From a virus (taxonomy: Duplodnaviria > Heunggongvirae > Uroviricota > Caudoviricetes): a stretch of 64,000 nucleotides of DNA. Shown here piece after piece: positions 19,801 to 30,055 of this stretch; position 1 is the first letter of the stretch; every line of letters begins with the position of its first letter. The notes beneath the pieces are model-generated. The model saw only the letters and a program-made list of their open reading frames with translations, was not told the origin of the DNA and did no database searches. A program made the position numbers and the translations under genes. The stretch is from positions 32,403 to 96,402 of IMG/VR virus record IMGVR_UViG_3300047160_005224. One strand, given 5' to 3'.

Positions 19801-22258
19801 CAGTAGCGATGTACACGCCAACCAAGCGCAGACCGTCAGGAACACCAAGGTTCCAAGGACCAACGTCGGTGCCGGTGTTAGCAGTGGTTACAATGACGGT
19901 GGTTCCGCGTTGAACCTGCTTCTTGATTTGAAGCGCCTGGTTCTGCAACGTGTAGAAACGAAGGTCGATTGCGACTGGAGCATTGTTCGGAGATGCTCCC
20001 ATAGAAATCGTTGCCTGGTTGTTAGCATTGATCGTAAGAGTACGACCTGTACCAGACAAGGAAATCAGAGAGCCGGCAAGATGCATACGACCCAGCGTTT
20101 GGCCAGTGTTTGCAACCAGAGTGATAGAGTTTGCAACCGAAACCGTGTTGGCATCGATCGTCATATCAACCAGATAAAGGTTGGCACCATGAATAATGCT
20201 TTCGCCAGGCAGAACCAATCCACCAAGACCTGCGGCAGTTACAACACCGTTGGCATACAGATTAGCTGTCGTGGTGATGCTAGCGAAGGTAATGTTGGCG
20301 CCAGCGACTACATCGATGTGCTGTTCGGAAATGTCCGAACCATCGCTGAATCCGAGAATGCCGCCACCAGATGGAACACGGAATACGATGTTGCCACCAG
20401 AATCGATTGATGTCGAAGTGTTGGCAGCAGTGTAGTAGTATTGGCTCTCAGAAACATTGTTAGCATCAGCAAGAGTCTTGACTGCTGTTGCGCCAACACT
20501 GAATAGCATCGGAACGTAAGAGGATTCCTGAAGCGTTGCTGGCGTAGAAACGATGTCAGCAAAAGCATTACCAGTTGTTCCGGTGGTGAATGCAAGAGAA
20601 GCGACGTTCGAGAAGCTCAACGAACTGTTAGCCATCTGAATGTTGAACAGATAAGCCTTGTATACAGCGTTTGCTGAACCCTTGGTACCAGAAGAATAGA
20701 TCAGTTCGCGAATGTTCGCGGTGCCGACCAACGTGCCAGAAGTCGCAGAATTGGATGTCAGGTTGTTAGAAACAGCTGACTGAGCATTCGCGTACAAGTT
20801 GACAACAGAAGCGTGATCAGTCGGGAAGTAACCACGCACTTCCTTAACTTCCACATAGTTGCCATAAGACATCGTAACAATCTGGTTGTTGTACGAAGTA
20901 GTGTCAGTACCACGACGACCCTTGACCGGAAGGTTGGTCAAAAGCTGGTTACGATAGCCTTTGACATACGCCAGACCAGGAGTGATTTCGTACACAACAC
21001 CATCAACATTGCTGTTGTCTGGTGCCGAAGAAATACCAAATGGATTGACGATGAAGTGACCAGACTCTTCGTATGTGCGTTGTGCGATCGAATCACCGAG
21101 TGCCGCATACTGCGGATCGGTACGATCATAAGCAACACCAGTGTTGGAGAAGGTGACTACTGGGAAGAAAACATCCGTGTTAGAAACGGTGTTGGCCAGC
21201 TTGGCAACCAGTGAGCTCTTCAGGTTTAGACGATGTGCACCAGGTGCGTTGTAGTTCGTAGAACCGAGAGCGTTATCATACAGAGTCGAATCTGTGGTTT
21301 CGGTGATGATGTTTTCATCAGTCACGAAGCCGAGCAGATAGTTCGACGGATCGTTCGAATTCGGGTTGACGATAATGTCACCAGAATCGACGCGAATGAA
21401 GAAGCCCTTGTGATAGATGATACCATCAGAAACGTGAGCACCGTAGGAGAAACCTGCGATGTTGCTGTTAGCAATCGCGATTCCATCGGTGTTAGATGTC
21501 AGAGTGTTAATGGTTCCCAAAAGGGAAGAAACGTCGTAACCAACGTTGGCGATAACTGCTGTTGCTCCAGTGTTGGAGTTCAGATAGACAGTATCAGTCG
21601 AGTTGAAACGGCGCTTGATGTTGTTAACTTTGATCGTGTTATTCGCAGTCGAAACATCCACGATGATAGCACGAGCAGTGACGTTTGCCGTGTTAGCAGC
21701 TGAAGTCGCGGTTACAGCAAGACCAAGAGCGTTGGAGAAAGGAGTTGCGTTGTCAACCTTCAGGATGACGTCTTCTACATACGATGTGTTTTCGTTGTAG
21801 ATGTTGACCTGTTCGCCCGCAAGGAATGTGCGTTGTCCATTGATACCAGGCTTGGTGTAGCGAATGAAGAAACGACCAGGATTCTGGCGAATGAAGCCAG
21901 CCTGGGTTTCTACTACGAGTGCCTGGACGTCAGAAGTCTGACCGATAGCGATTGCGCCAATCAGTCGTGCGTCGTTCTGAGCGAGAGATGAATCATTGTT
22001 GAACTGATCTTCTACACCGACGTATTCAAGGTCGGTGATGTATTCGATAGAGCAACCCTGGACAATAGAACCGTCCTTGAAAACGTTGTCACCGAAACGC
22101 TCGATCTGATTTTGGAGAATGGTTTGTAGCTGTGTCAGCTCGCGAGCCTGTACTGCGACGGACGGACGAAACAAGATACGGTAGAAGTTCTTGTTCTCGT
22201 TGTAGTCGTCCCAATATGGAGCACTAGCCAAAATTGATTTTTGAATATCAAGCGTCAC
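16829..22258 (-). CDS. VrlC/DUF4815-like large virion protein with Pro-rich linker, PKD domain and C-terminal Hint domain
   Basis: PYWDDY...FYRILFRP..AVQARELTQLQTILQNQ, APGAHRL, RTYEESG, RLEYYTTLN, RFKNGIFVEPF; PKD WQWNFGDG; GGGG-C...SHN. Confidence 0.85.
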   Translation of the reverse strand: MTLDIQKSILASAPYWDDYNENKNFYRILFRPSVAVQARELTQLQTILQNQIERFGDNVFKDGSIVQGCSIEYITDLEYVGVEDQFNNDSSLAQNDARLIGAIAIGQTSDVQALVVETQAGFIRQNPGRFFIRYTKPGINGQRTFLAGEQVNIYNENTSYVEDVILKVDNATPFSNALGLAVTATSAANTANVTARAIIVDVSTANNTIKVNNIKRRFNSTDTVYLNSNTGATAVIANVGYDVSSLLGTINTLTSNTDGIAIANSNIAGFSYGAHVSDGIIYHKGFFIRVDSGDIIVNPNSNDPSNYLLGFVTDENIITETTDSTLYDNALGSTNYNAPGAHRLNLKSSLVAKLANTVSNTDVFFPVVTFSNTGVAYDRTDPQYAALGDSIAQRTYEESGHFIVNPFGISSAPDNSNVDGVVYEITPGLAYVKGYRNQLLTNLPVKGRRGTDTTSYNNQIVTMSYGNYVEVKEVRGYFPTDHASVVNLYANAQSAVSNNLTSNSATSGTLVGTANIRELIYSSGTKGSANAVYKAYLFNIQMANSSLSFSNVASLAFTTGTTGNAFADIVSTPATLQESSYVPMLFSVGATAVKTLADANNVSESQYYYTAANTSTSIDSGGNIVFRVPSGGGILGFSDGSDISEQHIDVVAGANITFASITTTANLYANGVVTAAGLGGLVLPGESIIHGANLYLVDMTIDANTVSVANSITLVANTGQTLGRMHLAGSLISLSGTGRTLTINANNQATISMGASPNNAPVAIDLRFYTLQNQALQIKKQVQRGTTVIVTTANTGTDVGPWNLGVPDGLRLVGVYIATGSNSSLATADLNNNLANSFSFDNGQKDSFYDHCTLKLVDKSDANNIANSSLVVVFDHFIANTAAGKGYFSVDSYPVDDTLGMDANVSIHTYEIPSYYSASLSKTFDLRDTIDFRPYKAATANVTTDIRAATYNPATTNNFDANTSAYKPFPGENFELNYTHYLGRVDILTLTPAGTFVIVEGVPSLTPIAPAISNDSLSIAQIVVPPYPSLTDLEKNNAKTPAFNITISVQSHERFTMSDIAALEKRIERLEYYTTLNTLQLAAANTSIMSSNGNDRFKNGIFVEPFTDHSFGNVTDPRYRIAIDETNGLARPFFKPEYFEMEFDLGNSAGVASVGNQLLMSYGETSFLTQDYATGSRALSGSPPSYNGTLTLKPNAWSEVETMQGPVTVIATDAPAAAIASMSAAQLMSLYGWWRVDGNTVTSSNTTANTATVTVRNATTSSANTAAAIQSYITPREIAFVASGLKPYTTFNIYIDDFDMSQMAAPGDIANTAATDDNYVKRTSMWGSELESDSRGNLAGKISIPGDRFKIGAHTIKLLSEEIDAVTNAQVSTAAAVFTVNVTYTQEPGPVVIIQTPPPPAPPPTPPPANNVVIAPPPAPPPTPPTAKFNWSGQTYVQAPANHSITFSDASVAGSGTITSWQWNFGDGSTYSGQNPPVHTYGASIQTNSTNPYTVTLTVTDSNGKTSSYSQTITLYKLAPPPTASLNIIAYSNGVLIGTGSIGGVYEANINMVATSSNQVAGAYFDWSYNVISGNTLNAVIIGGTANNTWTPRLIDTNPAAHANNLSSTFIVNVRYLASNGFVIASTNTQFQLWTIAKVTAPPPYSTGGGYKTGGGGCVASDAWLNIDTRAAEVHEGFEADTWYPGDEDVSKYKVVQIHEPKLNTCVTLETESKIQLTCSVDTPFNLMNATEDLKEGEWKYAPDMEGEFVLVDDKGDVRWEKVTAVYHVGEKLIVPLGFDGRSFAAGDEPNRRIFSHNMMKMNAGIEDF

Positions 22259-22767
22259 GAAACTACCCTTGTTCTAGAAAATCGTCCACGAATCCAATTT
22301 TGTGGTTGGGTTCCAGGAATGAAATATTTGCTTACTTTGGTTTCTGGATCGTAATACCAAGCAGTTCCTGTCATGGCAGCACGTTTGTGAATTCTGTTGT
22401 ATTCTGCAAGGTAATCATGTTTCTTGCCTCGATTACCATCACCAATCTTCTGCCGATGTAATTTACTCTTAGATACAGATTTTTGATTTGGTGGATCACC
22501 GCCACCTTCTGCTATATTCCAACCGATGTCACGTGATGGTCTAAGTGTTCGTTCAATCAGCAAACACATTTCTCTTGTAGACTTGAGAATAATTGTCATC
22601 ATCGCTTCTGGATGTTTGTTCAAATAATTTCTCAATTTCAAATTTCGCGGAAGTTTGACGTGATCAACAAATCTGCCTTTTGGACTGGAACTTATTCCTA
22701 CATATCCCTCAGAGAAAATATCACTGTAGTTCGGTAGATGGATCCAATAAACGTAACAAACATTCAT
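22255..22767 (-). mobile_element. Free-standing GIY-YIG (Seg-like) homing endonuclease
   Basis: YVYWI...YVGIS...RF..H nuclease motif, NUMOD3-like HRQKIGDGNRGKK; visibly more AT-rich than its flanks. Confidence 0.75.
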
Positions 22768-22784
22768 TATGTATTACAATCCTC

Positions 22785-24521
22785 TCAAAGCTTCACGATC
22801 ATCTTCAATTGTTCTGAAGAGGTCGGAGAGCGTTGTGTTGCGGCGATATTCTGTAGATACAGGATGTCGCCAGAATAGAGTTTTACGTTTGGAACAGTAT
22901 TGGCACTGTTGAAAATGAACTGGACTCCAGAACTCTGGCCATTAAGTGTTTCGCCAGAAAGGAATGTACCAGTGTAGCCAGTGATCACTGCAACAGACGA
23001 ATTGCAAAGAGCAACAGCACCACGTGCGCGAGAAACGTTGCCAATGATTTCTTCACCGATGCTAAACATCGAAGAAGTGGTATTAGCAACTTGCAGCGCC
23101 ACAGTCTGTACAAACACAGAATTGGTGTAGAGCGTGTTATTTGAACCGTGTACTTCTGGGTTCTTCAGAAGACCGACCGTTCTGATGGTCACATCATCCG
23201 GGAGACCCATGTTGTTGGAGAACTGGCCAGAAATTCCAAGATACTGGCAATACAACTCGCCATAAACATCGGCACCGTGTCCTCCAGGCGGAGAAATAAT
23301 AGGACGAAGCTTAGCTCCTGTTCCGAATCCTGCACCAGAAATCACCTGGGCATCAGCGATGTTGTAGCCTTCGCCAGAGTCAACGATTTCCACAGAGACA
23401 ATAGACTGACTCTGTTGATTCATGACTAGATAGCCTTCAAAATCAGAACCGTCTCCAACAACATTAAGAGTTGGAGCGATCTGATAGTTGTATCCGACCG
23501 AAATCTGATTCGCGTTGAATGTGTTGGCCAGAATAATGACGTTGTTAGAACCAACCTGCATGCTCTGGATGATACGCCAATTGGATACTTCGTTACCAGC
23601 ACCGAATACAGTCAGAGTGCTGTTGGCATAGTAGTTGGTAATCAGTGTCGCATTAGCTGAGATGACCAGCTGCGTTCCGTTGATTCCGATGATTTGTCCA
23701 ACAGAAGCTGGATAGCCAGCGCCACCTGATTGAACTTTGATGTTGAAGATGCCGCCCGAAATCGCATTCGCAACAACATTACCATCTTGTACGACTGGAA
23801 TGAATTTGGATGTTCCAAACTTGGTCTGTTGTACACCAGTGATAGTATACATGTACTTCCAACGATAGCCATCAGACTGCGTAGCTGGAAGACCGAAGCT
23901 CTGTGTGTTGGATGGCTCTACTGTAGAAGGCGATCCGCCATTGTTGTAGATACACTTGAACACAGCATTCGCGCTGGTGACCACATAGAAGTCTGATCCA
24001 GGAAGGTTGACATCCTTGTCGTCATACTCCGGAAACACCGTGCCAGAAGTCCAAGAGAACTTCGGCGCAACGTATGCTACATCTGTGTTGCTGACCTTGA
24101 CTCCAAAGTACATCTGATCGTACTGGAAATTGTATCCATCGTAGACGTTTTCGTAGTTCGGATCAGGAACATTGTCGTCTGGCGTGTAAGGCAGTGGACG
24201 ACCTGCAAACACATAGAAATTGTCATTGTCCAGAACTGGCTGGATAACAGCACCAATTCCATTAGCCGTGTTCACCGAAAGTGTCGGAGCAATCATGTAA
24301 TCGCCACCGTTGATGATGGCGATGTATTTGATAGCACCACTGCTGTCAGTAAAGACCTTGGCTGATGCAAGATCGCCAGCTCCGGTGAAAACTACATCTT
24401 CACCATTTGCATATTCGGAACCAGCAGACAGAATCTTGATTGATCTGACAGGTGAATTGATGCTCTCAATGAAGTCAGCAATCTCATTCTGCTTGAATTT
24501 TGAAAGGATGTTAGTGCTCAT
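22785..24521 (-). CDS. gp8: Baseplate wedge subunit
   Basis: WTSGTVF.EYDD, FYVVT...VFKC..N, DGYRWKYMYTI motifs; order gp6-gp7-gp8. Confidence 0.8.
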   Translation of the reverse strand: MSTNILSKFKQNEIADFIESINSPVRSIKILSAGSEYANGEDVVFTGAGDLASAKVFTDSSGAIKYIAIINGGDYMIAPTLSVNTANGIGAVIQPVLDNDNFYVFAGRPLPYTPDDNVPDPNYENVYDGYNFQYDQMYFGVKVSNTDVAYVAPKFSWTSGTVFPEYDDKDVNLPGSDFYVVTSANAVFKCIYNNGGSPSTVEPSNTQSFGLPATQSDGYRWKYMYTITGVQQTKFGTSKFIPVVQDGNVVANAISGGIFNIKVQSGGAGYPASVGQIIGINGTQLVISANATLITNYYANSTLTVFGAGNEVSNWRIIQSMQVGSNNVIILANTFNANQISVGYNYQIAPTLNVVGDGSDFEGYLVMNQQSQSIVSVEIVDSGEGYNIADAQVISGAGFGTGAKLRPIISPPGGHGADVYGELYCQYLGISGQFSNNMGLPDDVTIRTVGLLKNPEVHGSNNTLYTNSVFVQTVALQVANTTSSMFSIGEEIIGNVSRARGAVALCNSSVAVITGYTGTFLSGETLNGQSSGVQFIFNSANTVPNVKLYSGDILYLQNIAATQRSPTSSEQLKMIVKL

Positions 24522-24532
24522 TTCAGCCTATC

Positions 24533-27500
24533 TTAGAAGTCAAACAGAGTGATGTCTGTTTCCGTTGCCAATGAAGTTTCTCGTGAAGTTTGGTACGCTG
24601 TGTCGTAGACAGTACCGGTGTTGTTGGTTGTTGGATAACCAGTCTGGTAGGTTGTCGGAGACATTGTTGTAGTGCCGAACGAAGTCAAGAACACCGTCGG
24701 AACAACTACGAACACCGTCACGCGGCTGGTATCGAAGGTTGTCGTCGTGGCACGGTTTGTGGCAAACGAAGAGACAAATACTGTTGTCGTAGAACGGCTG
24801 GTTGGCTGATTCGTGTTCCTGTTCGTAATGATCGACGTGACCTTGTATGTATAAGTGTCGAACACCGTATTGTAAACAGTGTTTGTAGCAGCTGTTGTCA
24901 GGATGACGGTGTCAAAGGTTGTCGTGTATTGCGAAAGGGTTGCGAAATTCGTAGAACCGGTCGTGTTAAACGAAGTTGTCGTGATACGATTGGTGATGAA
25001 GTTTGTAGCAAATGCCGAAACAAACGTTGTAACCGTTGGCTTGTTAGTTGCAAAAATCGTGTCGTACGAAGTGTTCTTCTGGGTCGTAGTTACACCAGTT
25101 GTTTGAACCATCGTAGCATAAGTCGTCGTTGTGGCATAAGCCGTGTTAAAGACTGTTGCGTATGTCGTCAGAGTGTTGGTTGCTGTAGCACGAGTCGTAG
25201 AACGGTTTACAGTGCCAGTGGTATCGAACACCGTTGTCGTGTTGAATACGGTCGTGGTGTTAGTGATAGCACTGGTTGCTTGCGAAGTCTGACGCGAAGT
25301 AGACACACTCGTGATCTGAGAAGTGTCGTATGTTGTCGACGCAGAGGTCGCAGTCAGGAAGTTAGTGGCTGTCGAGAACACGGTAGTTGTGTTGATCGAC
25401 GACTGCGTATTGAACACAGTCAAAGTTTGCTGACTTGTTTGCTTCGTGGTAGCGATTGTTGTGTCGAATACCGTCGAAGTTGCGAATGAAGTATTGAACG
25501 TTGTACCGTATGTCGTAGCAATCGAGGTCGTTGTAAGGAAGTCGGTTGCCTTGGTTGTAACCACTGCTGTATCCCAAGCGGTGATGGTTCCATATGCTGT
25601 TTGTGTGACTCGCGACGTTGCCGTAGCAAAATTCGTCGAACCAGTCGTGATAACGCTTGTCGAGAAATTCGTGTCGTACGAGGTGACAAAGGCAGTCGTA
25701 GTTGCGAAATTCGTAGACTTTGTGGTGGTTGTCAAGAAATTCGTAGCAAAAGTGCTCTGCGTATTGAACACGGTCAGGGTGTTCTGCGAAGTGTTCTTGT
25801 TGGTACCAATCGTCGTATCGAACGTGGTAGTGGTTGCATACGCAGTGTTGAATGTCGTTACAAACAACGTGTCATAGACGGTCGAAGTAGCGAAATTGGT
25901 GCTACGCGATGCTGCAACTGTTGTGTTGAACACGGTGAGTGTCGAAGCACTCGTGGACTGCGAAGTTGAACGAGTAACAGAATTGGTTGTTCCGCGCGAA
26001 GTGGATTGAGATGTCGAGCGTGAAGTAGCAAACGCCGTGGTGCGAGAAGTTGCCGTAGAAGCACTCGTAGCAGTCGCTTGTGTGTAAGTCGTGTTGAACG
26101 ATGTCTGGTACGTCGTAATGAATGTCGTAGTCGTAGAACGAGAAGTGTCTGTAACACGCGAAGTGAATGCAGAAGTACCACGATGTACCGTGTACGATGC
26201 GGTCGGCGTATGCGTATGAACAACGTATGTCCAGCTTGTGATATACGTCGTGGTTGTCGAGAACGTTGTTGTCGTTGCTCGGCTTGTAGACGCTGATGTC
26301 TGATTTCCAGTACCAACCAGATACGCAGTCGTTGTATTGAATGTCGTAGTGGTGTTGAACGTTGTCACGATGACCGTATCGAAGGTCGTTGTGAACGTGG
26401 TAAGGAATGTCGTGTTATAGCTGGTGATGTATGTGGTATTGAACACCGTGTTGTAAGTCGTGGTTGTCGCAAAATTGGTAGCGACAGTCGACAGATAGTT
26501 CGTTACAAATGTCGTGGTGGTCAACAGGCTGGTCGAGAAATTCGTGTTACGCGAAGTCTGGACAGTTGTATCAGTTGCGCGGTTCGTTGCGTACGAAGTC
26601 TGATAAGTTGTCGGGAAGACAGTCGCAGTCAGGAAGTTCGTAGACTTTGTTGTGGTCGTGTTGAATGTCGTCAGCGTTGTAGTTGACGTATTGAAGACAG
26701 TTGTCGTAGAGCGGCTGGTGTTACGAGTCGTGTTGAAGAACGTATCGTAGACAGTCGCGTATGTTGTATCAAACGTGGTCGTTGTATTGAACGTTGTGGT
26801 CGTGTTAATCAGAGTTGTCGTCAGACGGCTCAGAGTGTACACGGTGTCATAGACCGTATTGAATGCGGTCGTTGTTGGATAGTTCGTGTTACGAGAAGTT
26901 TGACCAGTCGTTGAGACAGTTGTGTCGGTCGCACGGTTGGTTGCATACGAAGTGGTTGTTGCCGTTCCAAACGTGGTTGACGTCAGGAAGTTGGTTGGCT
27001 TCAGAGTGAACGTAGCAGTCGTGCGTGAAGTCAGAGTGTTGAACACCGTCAACGTGTTGAACGTTGTGATGATTGTCGTACCGAACTGAGTTGCGTACGT
27101 CGACAGATAGACTGTGTTCCAAAGACTCAGGTATGCAGTCGTTGTTGTCGTGGAACGGCTGGTCGCGGTTGCAAAGTTCGTTGAATAGGAAGACAGATAC
27201 TGCGTGACATACGTGGTAATCGTGTTCGTAGCAGTTGCGCGCGAAGTCTGACCACTAGTGGATACTGTGGTATCTGTAGCGATCGCTGTCTGATAAGCTG
27301 TATCGTAGATCGTGTTGGTCGTGGTATTCGTCAACTTGTTGGTTGCGAAGTTTGTAGAACCAGTCGTGATCGTTGTGCGCGAAGTGATTGTCGATGTATC
27401 AAAGACGGTCGTGTAGGTCGTCAGTGTGTCAAACGTTGTCGGCTTCTGCGTATTGAATGTTGTGGTTGTCAGAACATTCGTGATACGAGTTGTTGCGTAC

Positions 27501-30040
27501 GCTGTATTGAATGCAGTGAACGTTGAGCGAATCGTTTGGAAATTCGTTGCGAACGACGATGCTGTCAGGATGTTCGTCAGGAACGCCGTGTTGAAAATCG
27601 TGTTGTAAGCTGTCGTTGTTGAACGGTTGGTATTGGTATTCGTGTTGAATACAGTCAGCGTAGACTGCGAAGTTGCATACACGGTGGTTCGGCTGGTTGG
27701 CGGCAAATCCTTAGCAGAGACAGAATCAATGACAGACGGCGTCGTATTGTTGGTGTACAGAACCACATAGGTCTGTGAACCTTGCGCAACGAATGCTCCA
27801 CTGACTTGACCCGCTGCTGTTGTGTTTGACACATAAGCGCCAGTCGTGTTCGGATTTGGACCAGCAACGATCGTCACCGGACCTTCGGAATCTACAGTGA
27901 CAAAGTATTCATCGCCAGCTGTTGTCTGGATTTGCTGATACACGAGCGTGTTGGCAGCAAGATCCATTCCCTGCGGGCTGTTCCATGTTGCCGTACCATA
28001 ACCAGTTGTCCAGTTGTCCAGGTTGACGTTGAAATTTCCGTTGACAACGATCTCTGGCAGATGTTCGAGGAATGCTGGGAACGTGCTGCGCGTGGTATCT
28101 GTAGCCTTCTCTGTTAGGTACGTGGTCGCGTACATCGACAGATAGGCAGTAGCAGTTACATGGCTCGTAGCGATGTACGTTGCGTAGGATGTCACATACT
28201 CGGTGATGAAGATCGAAGCGAACTTGACTTCAGCAATCTCTGATCCAGAATCAGCTTGGTTCTGAATGACGACCCGACCAAACATCTGTGTGCCAGCTGG
28301 ATGCCAGAGTTGCTTGAGCAAGTTGCTGTAGCGCTCAAAAGCCAGCGCAACCTGAACTTCGTAGCTGTAATCCTGATAGTAGAAGCTGTCTTGGACAAAC
28401 TTATCGGCGTCAAGGAACGAGCGGGTGTCACTCCAGTATCCTGCACCGATGCCTCCCTTGCCAAGCACAACTGAACCGCCCGCAATGAATGGATTGTTGG
28501 CATTGACGAGACTGACAACATCGCCTGCCTGGTAACCATAGCCAGAATCGATGATGTTGACTGTATCAATAGCACCGTTGCCTGCTGAAGCCACACCACT
28601 GACGTTTGCATCAAGACCCTTGATGGTTCCGTCTGGAGCTGTCAGATTCAAACCACCAATTACATCATTGTGTACATTGACAACAACTGGACCATTGTAG
28701 CCAACACCAGGATTGATGGCGCGCAGAGTCTTGATGGTGCCAACAGTGATGTTGCGAACGTTGAGTGCGTCAGCCATAGGAGTGTTCTGATTCGATCCTG
28801 TAGCTGCGTAAGTGCCTGACCAAGTCAGTTGTCCAGCAACCGGAGCACCAGTGAACTCAACAGTCGAATTGGCTTCATGAACTGTGTAGCCAGTGTTGGC
28901 TACCAGAACACCCGCATCATAGACAGCAGCAACGTTCGCGCTTCCACCAACCAAAAGTTCACCAACATTGCCAATCAGAGTGAAGAGTGTCGCAACGCCG
29001 TCCGCATTCGCGAAGAAGGTGTTGGATGCAGTGTAGTTTACAGGAAGCGACTCAGCTGCTGGGAAGCCATAATCCATGCTGCCAAGCACAACGTTGGCAT
29101 ATGGAGCAATGATGTCGACTGGTGTCGTGATGATTTCTGTGTTGGCAATTTCGCCAATCTGGAATGTTGCGCCAACACCTGGATTGGTGTTGCCAGGAAT
29201 GACATCGACAGTGGTTGGCGCAAAGCTGTCATCGTTCGCGTAGCCAAACCCACCGTTGACAATGGTGAACACGATTGCGCCATTGCGAGGCGACAGTGAT
29301 GACACGACTGCCTTGCCATTGACACCAGAGCCGCCTTCAACATCAAGAACATCGCCGATCTTGTAATTGAATCCTGACTCATTGATGATGATGTCAGTCA
29401 TAGAGCCAATGACCTGAGGTGTTTCAAGCGTCTCAGTGATCACGCTGTTGAGCAACAGCTCGCCTGTTTTGAATTGACCATGTAGATTGCTGAGCAACAG
29501 GACATTGATCTGACGGCGATTTACATAACGATATTGGAAATCCTCAACAATGGCTGTTGCACCAGACTCACGTCCAGTGATCGTCTCTCCTACCAGTAGA
29601 ACGTTGAGAGGGTTCGCTGTGATCTCGAGATAACGCGGCTCATTCCAAACACCGTCTGATGGCTTGAGAATATCCTTGCTCGGATAGTAGACGTTCGCCT
29701 CTGTTCCATAGAGCAGCTGGAACAACAGCTGGAGTCCAACAATCGTTCCCTTGGAGCTGTACACTTCCTTGATGTGCTTCTGCAGTGCGCGTCGATCACC
29801 GACGACGTCTGCTGGAACACCCTGCATGTACTTGTCTTGGAAATAGCGCAGGAACTTGTCTGGAGTGGTATCAATGTCACGATATTCGGGAAGAGAACGC
29901 GTCTCGTCGCCGATGTTTCCTGTCTGCTCCAACCACTGGTAGTACAATTTGACAAACTGAATGAACAGCGGTCCCTCTTTCTCATAGAGACGAGGGAACT
30001 GTCCAGCAATGAATGGAGAGATAAGCTTTGTGAAGGACAC
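24533..30040 (-). CDS. gp7: Baseplate wedge initiator with CBM-like module and ~1000-aa Thr-rich extension
   Basis: QFP..Y...FIQF.K.YY.WLE, RDIDTT, KHIKE.Y.SKGT, ILKPSDG.W, QDSFYYQDYSY, HPAGT..FG motifs. Confidence 0.8.
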   Translation of the reverse strand: MSFTKLISPFIAGQFPRLYEKEGPLFIQFVKLYYQWLEQTGNIGDETRSLPEYRDIDTTPDKFLRYFQDKYMQGVPADVVGDRRALQKHIKEVYSSKGTIVGLQLLFQLLYGTEANVYYPSKDILKPSDGVWNEPRYLEITANPLNVLLVGETITGRESGATAIVEDFQYRYVNRRQINVLLLSNLHGQFKTGELLLNSVITETLETPQVIGSMTDIIINESGFNYKIGDVLDVEGGSGVNGKAVVSSLSPRNGAIVFTIVNGGFGYANDDSFAPTTVDVIPGNTNPGVGATFQIGEIANTEIITTPVDIIAPYANVVLGSMDYGFPAAESLPVNYTASNTFFANADGVATLFTLIGNVGELLVGGSANVAAVYDAGVLVANTGYTVHEANSTVEFTGAPVAGQLTWSGTYAATGSNQNTPMADALNVRNITVGTIKTLRAINPGVGYNGPVVVNVHNDVIGGLNLTAPDGTIKGLDANVSGVASAGNGAIDTVNIIDSGYGYQAGDVVSLVNANNPFIAGGSVVLGKGGIGAGYWSDTRSFLDADKFVQDSFYYQDYSYEVQVALAFERYSNLLKQLWHPAGTQMFGRVVIQNQADSGSEIAEVKFASIFITEYVTSYATYIATSHVTATAYLSMYATTYLTEKATDTTRSTFPAFLEHLPEIVVNGNFNVNLDNWTTGYGTATWNSPQGMDLAANTLVYQQIQTTAGDEYFVTVDSEGPVTIVAGPNPNTTGAYVSNTTAAGQVSGAFVAQGSQTYVVLYTNNTTPSVIDSVSAKDLPPTSRTTVYATSQSTLTVFNTNTNTNRSTTTAYNTIFNTAFLTNILTASSFATNFQTIRSTFTAFNTAYATTRITNVLTTTTFNTQKPTTFDTLTTYTTVFDTSTITSRTTITTGSTNFATNKLTNTTTNTIYDTAYQTAIATDTTVSTSGQTSRATATNTITTYVTQYLSSYSTNFATATSRSTTTTTAYLSLWNTVYLSTYATQFGTTIITTFNTLTVFNTLTSRTTATFTLKPTNFLTSTTFGTATTTSYATNRATDTTVSTTGQTSRNTNYPTTTAFNTVYDTVYTLSRLTTTLINTTTTFNTTTTFDTTYATVYDTFFNTTRNTSRSTTTVFNTSTTTLTTFNTTTTKSTNFLTATVFPTTYQTSYATNRATDTTVQTSRNTNFSTSLLTTTTFVTNYLSTVATNFATTTTYNTVFNTTYITSYNTTFLTTFTTTFDTVIVTTFNTTTTFNTTTAYLVGTGNQTSASTSRATTTTFSTTTTYITSWTYVVHTHTPTASYTVHRGTSAFTSRVTDTSRSTTTTFITTYQTSFNTTYTQATATSASTATSRTTAFATSRSTSQSTSRGTTNSVTRSTSQSTSASTLTVFNTTVAASRSTNFATSTVYDTLFVTTFNTAYATTTTFDTTIGTNKNTSQNTLTVFNTQSTFATNFLTTTTKSTNFATTTAFVTSYDTNFSTSVITTGSTNFATATSRVTQTAYGTITAWDTAVVTTKATDFLTTTSIATTYGTTFNTSFATSTVFDTTIATTKQTSQQTLTVFNTQSSINTTTVFSTATNFLTATSASTTYDTSQITSVSTSRQTSQATSAITNTTTVFNTTTVFDTTGTVNRSTTRATATNTLTTYATVFNTAYATTTTYATMVQTTGVTTTQKNTSYDTIFATNKPTVTTFVSAFATNFITNRITTTSFNTTGSTNFATLSQYTTTFDTVILTTAATNTVYNTVFDTYTYKVTSIITNRNTNQPTSRSTTTVFVSSFATNRATTTTFDTSRVTVFVVVPTVFLTSFGTTTMSPTTYQTGYPTTNNTGTVYDTAYQTSRETSLATETDITLFDF
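24540..27700 (-). repeat. Degenerate Thr-rich coding repeat
   Basis: Recurring TTTTFNT, TSRxT, STNFAT and SYATNRATDTTV units in the translation. Confidence 0.9.
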
Positions 30041-30055
30041 CCGAAATTCCTGAGA

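Noticed and set aside
24540-27700. Repetitive DNA that might be a CRISPR array or DGR template
   Set aside because: The repeats are degenerate, in frame and Thr-coding, with no fixed repeat-spacer period, and no cas or reverse transcriptase gene is in the window
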